A stretch of DNA of 64,000 bases, taken from contig CAVPCQ010000021.1 of the NCBI GenBank assembly GCA_963702425.1, positions 96,001-160,000 of the forward strand. The letters run 5' to 3'. Shown here piece after piece: positions 1 to 9,372 of this stretch (its first letter is position 1; every line of letters begins with the position of its first letter). This DNA is from an uncultured Acidobacteriota bacterium. GTDB lineage: Bacteria > Acidobacteriota > Polarisedimenticolia > J045. A program made the translations under genes and the position numbers. Below the pieces are notes generated by a model. That model had not been told where the DNA came from, did no database searches, and saw nothing but the letters and a program-made list of their open reading frames with translations.

Positions 1-2196
1 GTAGCCGAGCGCGGAGCCCTTCGGGAGGACGGCGTCGCCGGAGAAGGTGCCGAACGGGGTGACGCTCGCGCTCTGCTTCGCGATCTCCGCGCCGCGGCCG
101 TCGGTGACCGCGATCGTGACCGCGGTCCCGGCCACGGGCCGAGCCAGCCGGCCGAGCTTCATCAGGCGCGCGAGGCCGACGAAGTGGACGGTGTCGCCAG
201 GGCGGTAGATGCCGCGCTCCGGCGTGACGGTGCCCAGTGCCTCGGGGGTGTTCCCCTCCCAGCCGCCCATCATCCCCATCGCCCAGGGGGTGAAGGCGTC
301 CTCGAAGCCGGTGGCGGTGACGCCGGTATCGCCATCCTTGTTGGCGACGACGAGGAGGTTCAACACGGGGTTCCAGACGTTCCCGCCGACGCGGTCAGCG
401 ACGCCGGGCAGCCGCACGAGGCCGTCGCGATCGGTCGTGCCGCGGAAGAATGGCGTCCCGTCGAACGCCAGCAGTTCGACCGCGGCCCCCTCGACCGGCG
501 TTCCCTTCGAGACCGACGTCACCCAGGCGACGCCGCTCTCGGGGCCCAGCTTGGCGTGCACCGCGAGGTCGGTGACCTGCGCCAGCACGCGGCGCAGCGG
601 ACCCCTCTCCGGGAGCTGGTCCGCGGGGATCTCGGGGCTGTCGAGCTGGACGACGAACAGGCCGCCGTCGGGCGGGCCGGGGGCGACCGAGGCGGGCGCA
701 AGGGGGCTCCAGCGCGTCGCGTTGCGGCGCGCCGCGACGTCGAGCGTGGTGCGCACGGGCGGACGCCCCGGGACCCAGGCCGGAGCGGGCTCCCCGGACG
801 AGGCGCCGGGCGGGAAGAACGCCTGCGCCATCTCGGCCGGCGTCACGCGCCAGACCTCGGCCGTCACCGTCTTCAGATTGACGGTGCGCAGCGGCAGCGC
901 GGCCTCTCGCCCGCGCTCGATCAGCGCGACGCGGCGGCCGGCGTCCAGCGTCGGGCGGAGGTCGCTGGTCGTGATCGTCCCCTCCCAGGCGGGGGCCTCC
1001 TGGCCGAAGACGTCCCGCGCCCCCGCGGCGAGCCGGAGGCGGTAGGTCGTCCCGGGCCGCCACGTGCCGGCCAGCGACACGCTCGCCGTGACGTCCAGGT
1101 CCCACGAGACCAACGCCTCCGACGCTTCCCAGTCGATCTCGACCGGCGGCTCGACCGTCAGCCGCCCCTTCAGCGACGCGAGGTCGACCTCGTTGGTCGT
1201 CAACAGCGTGACCGGCCCATACGGGCACTCGTCGCTGTACAGAAAGCCGCACCGGGTCCCGGTCACGCGCAGCGGCCCGTAGGTGCGCATCTTCGTCGTG
1301 CGCGTATAGCCCAGCGTCAGCGGCCCCTCCTCGCCCCGCAGCGCGTCGTCGACGACCAGCGCGATCGGCGTGTCCTTCGGCAGCGGCCGGGCCGGCTTCA
1401 GCTCATAGCGGGTGCGGCGGTCGGGCAGGCCGCGATCGCGCTCCGCGCGGCGCGACCACCACCCCTCGGCCGCTCCGCGCTCGCGCCGCTCGCGCTCCTC
1501 TTCCGCAGCAACGTCGACCGCGCGCACCAGCGCGAGCGGCACGCGCGACGGGGCGTCGTGCTCCGGCCGCAGCTCGATCCACGCGTGCTCCGCGATCCTC
1601 TCGACGCGCTGGTTGAAGCTGAGCGCGAAGAGCTGCTCCGGCTCGACCCATTGCGAGTTCTCGCGCGGCGCGGCCTCGTAGATCTCCGGCAGCGGCGTCG
1701 CGAAGCTGTAGCTGTAGACCGTCGCCAGCACCGAGCCGTCGAGCGCCTTCAGCCCGGCCGGGACGGTGACGGTGAAGGGGGTCGCCATCGGGAACGGCGC
1801 GTCGGGCACGAACTCGACCGCCGACGAGCCGAGCCAGTGCCACGCGCCGGCGATCGCCGGGGCGAGCGAAGCCGGCGGCGGGAGTTGGGCCAGCGCCTCC
1901 GCCTGCTGCAGTGCGACGACCGGCCGCGAGAAGACCAGCGCGGGCCGCATCGAGCCGACGAGCTGCGTGCGCGGCAGCGCGATCGCGACCGTCAGCGCGG
2001 AGTTCGGCGCACCTGGGGCGAGCGCCAGCTCCGGAACGGCGGGGGGCGGCTCGGTGCCGGGGGCGAAGCGGGGGCCGGCGGCGCCGGCGCCGCGGGTCGC
2101 CACGCCGAGCGCGCCGACCGCGAGAGCGGCGACCAGGACGAGCGCGGCAGCGGACCACCGGGAGGCGGAACGCGGACTCTGTGTGGCGGCGGACAT
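1..2196 (-). CDS. Alpha-2-macroglobulin family protein (N-terminal part; runs off left edge)
   Basis: Absent from the ORF track because its stop lies outside the window. Manual translation from ATG 2196 gives MSAATQSPRSASRWSAAALVLVAALAVGALG (signal/TM segment), Ig-like segments, and the MG2-type motif TPERGIYRPGDTVHFVGLAR...VTDGRGAEI...TPFGTFSGDAVLP near the edge. Confidence 0.85.
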   Translation of the reverse strand, partial: MSAATQSPRSASRWSAAALVLVAALAVGALGVATRGAGAAGPRFAPGTEPPPAVPELALAPGAPNSALTVAIALPRTQLVGSMRPALVFSRPVVALQQAEALAQLPPPASLAPAIAGAWHWLGSSAVEFVPDAPFPMATPFTVTVPAGLKALDGSVLATVYSYSFATPLPEIYEAAPRENSQWVEPEQLFALSFNQRVERIAEHAWIELRPEHDAPSRVPLALVRAVDVAAEEERERRERGAAEGWWSRRAERDRGLPDRRTRYELKPARPLPKDTPIALVVDDALRGEEGPLTLGYTRTTKMRTYGPLRVTGTRCGFLYSDECPYGPVTLLTTNEVDLASLKGRLTVEPPVEIDWEASEALVSWDLDVTASVSLAGTWRPGTTYRLRLAAGARDVFGQEAPAWEGTITTSDLRPTLDAGRRVALIERGREAALPLRTVNLKTVTAEVWRVTPAEMAQAFFPPGASSGEPAPAWVPGRPPVRTTLDVAARRNATRWSPLAPASVAPGPPDGGLFVVQLDSPEIPADQLPERGPLRRVLAQVTDLAVHAKLGPESGVAWVTSVSKGTPVEGAAVELLAFDGTPFFRGTTDRDGLVRLPGVADRVGGNVWNPVLNLLVVANKDGDTGVTATGFEDAFTPWAMGMMGGWEGNTPEALGTVTPERGIYRPGDTVHFVGLARLMKLGRLARPVAGTAVTIAVTDGRGAEIAKQSASVTPFGTFSGDAVLPKGSALGY

Positions 2197-2286
2197 GGGA
2201 GCCCCCGGAGCGAAGGGGCGACGATGATACGCCGAACGGACTCGCGCGGGCCGGGAACGCGCCGCGTCGCGCCGCGTCTCAGGGCG

Positions 2287-3051
2287 CTACGGCCCGCCGC
2301 AGGGCCGGAAGTGATCCATGAACGCGGCGATCTCCTGCGGGTCGCCGCAGCTCCCGGCAAGGGCGGCGCCGACGGCGGCGGCGGACGCGGCCGGGTCGGC
2401 GGCGTCCGGCTTCAGGCCCTTGGCCGCCTCCGGCTCCGGGCAGAACCAGATCGCGATCCGCTGCTTGCCGTCCGCCGGCGCGCACTTGGGCATGACGAGC
2501 GCCGACAGCCCCTGCACGCTGTGCTCGTTCATCTGAAGCGAACCGCGCTTGACCAGGTAGAGCAGGCTCTCCGCGCCGGCGCGCCCCTCGAGCGTTCCGC
2601 GGGCCAGCACGTCGCCCGGGCCAATGTTGATCTTGTTGCGGCGCAGCGCGTCGACGTCGTCGGTCTTGCCCGTGACGAAATCCTCGATCTCCTGCGGGTT
2701 GCCGCCGAGGCGCATCGACCGCATGTAGATCAGCCCGCGCGCGCCGAAGCCGGGAATGTTCCCCTTGTCGTCCGGCGCCTTGTCGGTCAGGACCGCGATG
2801 TCCGCGATGTAGGGGATGCTGAGCGCGACCATCGCGTAATACCCCTCGGGCAGCTCCGTCGCCCCGAGCACGCGTTTGGCCTTCTCGGTGCGGGTCGCCG
2901 GGTCCTTCAGCTCCCGCTCGACCCCTTTCCCCCACTGCACGAGCATGAACCCCGCGCCGCAGACGACGAGGCCGAGCGCGACGATCGCGACGAGGCAGCC
3001 GCCCAGGAACCAGCTCCAGGAATTGCTGCCCGACTGGGACCCATTGGCCAT
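2287..3051 (-). CDS. Hypothetical membrane-anchored protein
   Basis: 254-aa ORF with gene-like composition and an N-terminal TM helix (WSWFLGGCLVAIVALGLVVCGAGF). Confidence 0.75.
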   Translation of the reverse strand: MANGSQSGSNSWSWFLGGCLVAIVALGLVVCGAGFMLVQWGKGVERELKDPATRTEKAKRVLGATELPEGYYAMVALSIPYIADIAVLTDKAPDDKGNIPGFGARGLIYMRSMRLGGNPQEIEDFVTGKTDDVDALRRNKINIGPGDVLARGTLEGRAGAESLLYLVKRGSLQMNEHSVQGLSALVMPKCAPADGKQRIAIWFCPEPEAAKGLKPDAADPAASAAAVGAALAGSCGDPQEIAAFMDHFRPCGGP

Positions 3052-3158
3052 GGTACGGTCAGGTTACCGCCGCCGGGGGGGGTCCGGGAAGCGGGTGCCT
3101 CGACCGCTCGGGCGGCCGGCGGGACCGCACGGCGCAGCACCCGGCGGGCCGGAGTAGG

Positions 3159-4418
3159 ATGCGCGGGGGTGCACCGATGACGGCTCCGCAGGTCGGAGAT
3201 CGGGGCGGCGACCGGCGCCACCGGGGCGCAGCACAACCCGGTGCCCGGGGCGCGAACCCGGCCTTCCCGGCGCTTCTGCTCGTGCTGTGGCTGCTGCCCG
3301 AACCGGCGCTGTCCGGCGCCGCCGAGGCGCCGCTCGCCTGCGGAGAGCGCGGCGCCTTCGTCCGGATCGATACCGCCGAGGTGCGGATCGTCGAAAGCTT
3401 CGCACTGATCCGGTCCATGGAATGGTACCGCGCGCGCCCGGAGTGGCAGGAGGGGCGAGGCGAGCAGGCGAAGCGCGGCGACGAGGCGATGATCGTGGAG
3501 CCTGCACGCGGTGCCGTGAAGTACCTGGCGGAACGGACTGGGCTGCCCTGCACCGCTTGCGACGCCGACGGGTCCGTCGATTGGGACTCCCTGGGGGACG
3601 ACCTGGCGCTTTGGAAGCGCGCCGCGACAGACTACGGGCCGCGCTCCCGGCGCGAGCTGCTCGACGAGCAACGGGCGTGCGTCTCCCGCGCCGTCCACGC
3701 GCGCGTCGCCGAGCTCGACGCGATCGGAAGGGCGATTCGAGCCGGGAGGGACGGCACGGAGACGGGCACGGATCCGTTGCCGGACCGCGTCCAGCTCGCC
3801 TTTTCCTCGCTGGCCGCCGCGGAGGTCGCGCTGGATCCCTTGGCGAGGCGCCCGGCCTGGACGACGCGCGAGATCGAGCAAGCGCTCGCGTTCGCCGCAC
3901 GCCTGAAAACGTTTCTCGACCGCGGCACGCCGGAGGCGTGGCGTGCGCTCGCCGGGCTCGAGGATCCGGCGGCGTACGCGGCCGCAGTCCGGACCGAGGC
4001 CGCGGCCGTGGTGTCCCGCACGGACGCGCTACGGGTGCGCCTCGACGCCTTCGAGCGGGACCTCATTGAGTTCGTCGAGCTCGGATCACCGGCGCCACCT
4101 TCGGGAGGCGGCGCGCCGGACGGACGCTCGGAACAGGAGCACGCCCGAGGCGAGCGCCTCGTGAACGAGACCGTGAGCCTCGCCGCGGGCACCCACGAGT
4201 GCCGGCGGATCCGAGTGCGCGAGGGCGAGCGCACGGCGGCGACCGTTACGCTGTGCCTTCCCTCCGCGACCCTGATGATGGAGACGGCGATGGTGCTCCA
4301 GCACAGGGACGGGCTGGCGGCGCTCCGGGAACGGATCGCGGCCTTCCGCCGGGCGATCGACGACACGGCCGCTATGGCGACCCGCGGCGTCCGCTTCGAT
4401 CCGGCCGGAGGCGGCTGA
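3159..4418 (+). CDS. Hypothetical secreted, largely helical protein
   Basis: 419-aa ORF, signal-like ALLLVLWLLPEPALSG, one CxxC (CTAC). Start uncertain; no family recognised. Confidence 0.6.
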   Translation: MRGGAPMTAPQVGDRGGDRRHRGAAQPGARGANPAFPALLLVLWLLPEPALSGAAEAPLACGERGAFVRIDTAEVRIVESFALIRSMEWYRARPEWQEGRGEQAKRGDEAMIVEPARGAVKYLAERTGLPCTACDADGSVDWDSLGDDLALWKRAATDYGPRSRRELLDEQRACVSRAVHARVAELDAIGRAIRAGRDGTETGTDPLPDRVQLAFSSLAAAEVALDPLARRPAWTTREIEQALAFAARLKTFLDRGTPEAWRALAGLEDPAAYAAAVRTEAAAVVSRTDALRVRLDAFERDLIEFVELGSPAPPSGGGAPDGRSEQEHARGERLVNETVSLAAGTHECRRIRVREGERTAATVTLCLPSATLMMETAMVLQHRDGLAALRERIAAFRRAIDDTAAMATRGVRFDPAGGG

Positions 4419-4436
4419 GCGGGACCGGGAGCGCCG

Positions 4437-4832
4437 TCACCAGATCGTTTCGACCAAGCCGCTCTCCCGCATCACCTCGTCCCGCGTGATGAGCGGGATC
4501 CCCTCGGCCCGCGCCGTCGCCGCGATCAGCCGATCGGCCGGGTCGCGGGGGAAGCCGTCCGGGAACTGGACCGCCAGCGCCGCGATCGCCGGCGTGATCT
4601 CGCGTATCGCGACCCCTGTCCGCTCGAGCAGCTCCTGGAGCCAGGACTCGACGGTCCCCCGGATCCGCAGCCGCCCCGCCGCCACGAGCATCGCGATCTC
4701 CCAGAGCGTGATCGAGGCGGCCGCCAGGCCACCGGATCGGGCGGCACGCCGGATCGCCCGAGCGGCCGGCTTCGACAGCCGCTCGGGCGCGACCCCGAGG
4801 AAGAGCAGCGCGTGCGTGTCGAGCAGCGTCAC
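4437..4832 (-). CDS. vapC: Type II TA toxin, PIN-domain VapC family
   Basis: GTG 4832 overlaps the antitoxin stop (GTGA). Motifs LLDTHALL, SITLWEIAML, RDPADRLIAATA, LITRD. Confidence 0.92.
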   Translation of the reverse strand: MTLLDTHALLFLGVAPERLSKPAARAIRRAARSGGLAAASITLWEIAMLVAAGRLRIRGTVESWLQELLERTGVAIREITPAIAALAVQFPDGFPRDPADRLIAATARAEGIPLITRDEVMRESGLVETIW

Positions 4833-5068
4833 CGCCCGCCCTTCCACGCCGACGGCGGCAGCACGGGCGACTCGACGTCCCCGACGATCGACGCCGTTCC
4901 CACCATGCAGCCGAAGATGTCGGCAGCCGGCGCGGGCGGCGGCACGAGCCGGGCAACGGGCACGCCACGCTTCGTGATCACGATCTCGCCGCCGCGCTCG
5001 CGGACCTGGTCCATCAGGGCGAGGCATCGGGCCTTGAACTCGCCGGCGGGGATGGTCGTCATGGTCAT
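4829..5068 (-). CDS. Type II TA antitoxin, Phd/YefM family
   Basis: MTMTTIPAGEFKARCLALMDQV...EIVITKRGVPVARLVP is a typical Phd N-terminal DNA-binding sequence; translationally coupled to the toxin. Confidence 0.92.
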   Translation of the reverse strand: MTMTTIPAGEFKARCLALMDQVRERGGEIVITKRGVPVARLVPPPAPAADIFGCMVGTASIVGDVESPVLPPSAWKGGR

Positions 5069-5089
5069 ATCGTTGTGACCATGATTATA
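5059..5089 (-). promoter_or_regulatory. TA promoter -10 box and autoregulatory operator
   Basis: Perfect TATAAT on the minus strand (5084-5089) abutting the inverted repeat TCATGGTCA-N8-TGACCATGA (5059-5084), which covers the antitoxin start. Confidence 0.75.
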
Positions 5090-5158
5090 TGGCGGCATCG
5101 CGGCGCGGTCGAGTCCAGGATCGCGGCGATGTCCCGCGCACGGGAACAGAGCGCGGGT

Positions 5159-5184
5159 GGGCGGCCACGGAGGGCCGCCCCTAC
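5159..5184 (-). repeat. GTAG-type REP element (single copy)
   Basis: Minus strand reads GTAGGGGCGGCCCTCCGTGGCCGCCC: GTAG plus GC hairpin, same family as the copies at 7313 and 23553. Confidence 0.8.
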
Positions 5185-5843
5185 GGTTGCGGGCTGGGCA
5201 CCGCCGTTCCTTCCCGCCCCAGGATCGACCGCCACGGGAAGAAGTAGGCCGCGAAGACCACCGCGTAGACGCCGAACGAATCCAGCCCCAGCATCCCCGC
5301 GAAGAAGAAGAAGAAGATCAGCAGGTGCATCCGCACGACGTTGCGGTACGGCGCGCTCATGATGTCGCGCCCGCCGCGCTGGCGGACGTCGAACGCGGCG
5401 GTCCACGCGTCGCGCAGCGCGGCCCGCTCGGCCAGGAAGGCGGCGGCGAGGAACGGCCAGTAGCGGCGGAAGACCTCGACGTAGAGCGCATCGCCCGGGA
5501 AGCGCTTCGGGTCCTCGATCGGGAAGAAGAGGTTGAGGAAGACCGAGTGGACGAAGTGGAAGCCGCCGAAGTGGACCGTGAAGAAGACCAGCAGGAACGC
5601 GCCGCCGGCCAGCGACAGGCCGAGCCCGAGCGGGCGCCCGAGCTTCTCCATCGCCTGCGACGCGCGGAAGGCGCCGCGCCCGATCGCGATCACGATCGTC
5701 GCGTAGCCGACGACCAGGCTCGACAGCCAGAGGCTCCAGACCAGGTCCCGGGCCTGCCAGCCGTAGACCCAGGCCATGCCGAGCCCCGCGGCGAAGGCGA
5801 GCAGGTCGAGCAGGATCGCGATCGGGCGCTGCTGTGCGTTCAT
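5181..5843 (-). CDS. DUF6498-like membrane protein
   Basis: Multiple TM helices; motifs GW..RDLVWSLW, FFTVHFGGFHFVH, PYRNVVRMH. Confidence 0.75.
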   Translation of the reverse strand: MNAQQRPIAILLDLLAFAAGLGMAWVYGWQARDLVWSLWLSSLVVGYATIVIAIGRGAFRASQAMEKLGRPLGLGLSLAGGAFLLVFFTVHFGGFHFVHSVFLNLFFPIEDPKRFPGDALYVEVFRRYWPFLAAAFLAERAALRDAWTAAFDVRQRGGRDIMSAPYRNVVRMHLLIFFFFFAGMLGLDSFGVYAVVFAAYFFPWRSILGREGTAVPSPQP

Positions 5844-5906
5844 CGGGCGCGGTCCTCCCTCCCCGGAAGATAGGTCGGGAGGCGCGGCGCGTCCGCCGCG
5901 CCCGCC

Positions 5907-7262
5907 TCAGTGCACGATCCCGAACACGAAGTACCCCAGGCACAGCGCCGACAGCACCAGCATCCCGGCGTTCAGCTCGCGCCAGCGCCCGGTCAGGAGC
6001 TTCAGGAACGGGTAGACCGCGAGGCCCGCGGTCAGCCCGTTGGCGATGTTGTAGGTGAAGACCATCATCAGGATCGTCAGGAAGGCCGGGATCAGCTCGG
6101 TCAGGTCGTCGAAGTCGATCCCGCGCGCCGGCCCGATCATCAGCGCGCCGACGATCACCAGCGCCGGGCCGTAGGCGAAGCGCAGGCCGGCCAGCGCGCT
6201 GGCCAGCGGCACGAAGAAGAGCGTGAGCAGGAAGAGCAGCCCGGTGACCAGCGCGGAGAAACCGGTCCGCGCACCGTCCTTGATGCCGGCCGCCGACTCG
6301 ATGTACGCCCCCGCGGTCGAGGTGCCGAGCAGCGCCGAGCCCATGCAGGAGACCGCGCCGACCGTCATCGGCCTGCCGATCCCGGGAAAGTTCCCCTGCT
6401 CGTCGAGCATGTTCCCCGCCGCGCCGAGGCCGACCAGCGTGCCGAGCGTGTCGAGGAAGTCCATCAGGAAGAGGGTCAGCAGGACGGGCAGCAGGGTGAA
6501 GGAGAAGAGGCTCACCGTGCGGCCGTCCGGCAGCGTCTCGGAAAAGCGCAGCTGCCCGGCGACCTCGGTCAGCCCGCCGGGCCCCGTGAACTGCGGCCAG
6601 GCGACGACGCCCGCCGGCGGCTCGGCGTAGCCGAGGAGCATCCCCGCCGCGGCGACGACCGCGATCCCGGCCAGGATCGAGCCGCGCATGCGGCGCGCCA
6701 TCAGCACCGCGATGATCACGAGCCCGGCGAGCGAGAGCAGAACGGGTCCCGACGAGAGGTCGCCGATCTCGACCGGCACCGCCTTCCCCGCCCGCACGAT
6801 CCCGGTCTCGACCAGGCCGATGAAGCTGAGGAAGAGCCCGATCCCGACCGCGAAGGCGCGCTTCATCGAGGGGCTGATCGAGTCGGCCAACCAGCGGAAG
6901 AGCCCGGAAAGCGCAATGAGAAGGAAGAGCGCCCCGCTCACGAAGACCGCGCCGATCCGCAGCTGCCAGCCGATCCCCAGCGTCGCCATCCCGAAGGCGA
7001 TGAAGGCGTTCTCGCCCATGTACGGGGCGACGGCGATCGGCCGGTTGGCGATCAGCCCCATCAGGATCGTGCCCAGCGCGGCGGTGAGGATCGTGGCCAG
7101 CGTCGAGGGGCCGGTCGGGATCCCGGCGTTGGCGAGAATCGCCGGGTTGACGACGACGATGTAGGCCATCGTCACGAACGTCGTCACGCCGCCGGTGATC
7201 TCCTGGCGGTAGCTGGTGCCGTGTTCGTCGAAGCGGAACCAGCGCGCGGGCGATGGCGCCAT
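5907..7262 (-). CDS. NCS2/AzgA family purine permease
   Basis: EITGGVTTFVTMAYIVVVNPAIL, APYMGENAF, DFLDTLGTL, YIESAAGIKDGARTG, FTYNIANG. Confidence 0.93.
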   Translation of the reverse strand: MAPSPARWFRFDEHGTSYRQEITGGVTTFVTMAYIVVVNPAILANAGIPTGPSTLATILTAALGTILMGLIANRPIAVAPYMGENAFIAFGMATLGIGWQLRIGAVFVSGALFLLIALSGLFRWLADSISPSMKRAFAVGIGLFLSFIGLVETGIVRAGKAVPVEIGDLSSGPVLLSLAGLVIIAVLMARRMRGSILAGIAVVAAAGMLLGYAEPPAGVVAWPQFTGPGGLTEVAGQLRFSETLPDGRTVSLFSFTLLPVLLTLFLMDFLDTLGTLVGLGAAGNMLDEQGNFPGIGRPMTVGAVSCMGSALLGTSTAGAYIESAAGIKDGARTGFSALVTGLLFLLTLFFVPLASALAGLRFAYGPALVIVGALMIGPARGIDFDDLTELIPAFLTILMMVFTYNIANGLTAGLAVYPFLKLLTGRWRELNAGMLVLSALCLGYFVFGIVH

Positions 7263-7312
7263 CGCGACCCTCTCGGGAACGCGATGCTAGCACCGCGCAT
7301 CGGCAACGGGCG

Positions 7313-7382
7313 GTAGGGGCCGCCCTCCGTGGCGGCCCGAGGCCGCGAACGGGTCCGGGAGGGCCGCCACAGCGGCCGGCCC

Positions 7383-7386
<4 letters not shown>
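7313..7386. repeat. REP doublet (inverted pair, REPIN-like)
   Basis: GTAGGGGCCGCCCTCCGTGGCGGCCC (7313-7338) ... GGGCCGCCACAGCGGCCGGCCCCTAC (7361-7386). Confidence 0.85.
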
Positions 7387-8684
<1,298 letters not shown>

Positions 8685-8822
8685 TCGTCACAGACGGCCG
8701 CATGCGATCTCGTTTCACCATAACCCGGCCCGTGACGACCCGCCGCCCGTTCCGCGGCATCCGTAATAGGTACGCCGAAGGCGGCGTGGAACAAGGGGCT
8801 CGCGGTGTTCGCCCTTGTTCGA

Positions 8823-9020
8823 TCAGGGGCAGGCGCCTCCGGACAGGGCGATCCCGGGGTCGCGCAGCCCGGCCACCCGCCCCGGACTGGACGAGTCGTA
8901 GGTCCCGGGGCCGGCGCAGTTGACCACGCGCGCGAAGTACCAGAAGGCTTCCCCGTCCGCCTCGCCTGCCCCCGCAACCACCCCCGGCGAGGGGGCGTCC
9001 GCAGCGTGCAGAGGATCGAT
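8823..9020 (-). pseudogene. Relic of the 3' end of a gene carrying the same C-terminal domain
   Basis: Manual translation gives ...GEAFWYFARVVNCAGPGTYDSSSPGRVAGLRDPGIALSGGACP* (stop 8823-8825). In-frame stop at 9078-9080 upstream; no ATG or signal peptide in between. Confidence 0.7.
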
Positions 9021-9372
9021 CCCTCCGGGGCTCTTTGCGCGGATGTTTGCACACGATTGAACAGGAATGACTTGCAGTCAGCCGAGGACGGCCTGAGATC
9101 TTCCGCGCGCTCCTTGGGCAGGCTCCTTCTCCCCACATCGTCACCCGCTCCGGAACCGCCGGGGCCGTAGCGTTCCCGTGGAAGGTGACGCGGAACGGCC
9201 CGTTGCGGCGGGCCGCTTCGCGAGGGCGCGGCCGAGCGGCTTGCGTCGGAGGGGACCCGAGACGGAAGCGGCGCGCCCGACCGGCGCCGGCCGACCCGGG
9301 ACCCGCTTCCGGGACGGGCCACCCCCCGTCACCGCTTTGTGACCGCCACGGAACCGCCCGGAGACCGCCGCG

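Noticed and set aside
184-3180. 998-aa plus-strand ORF and the many other long Arg/Gly/Ala/Pro-rich ORFs (e.g. 5065-9432, 13927-16659, 40145-43807)
   Set aside because: Shadow frames of real genes in very GC-rich DNA; no motifs and biased composition.
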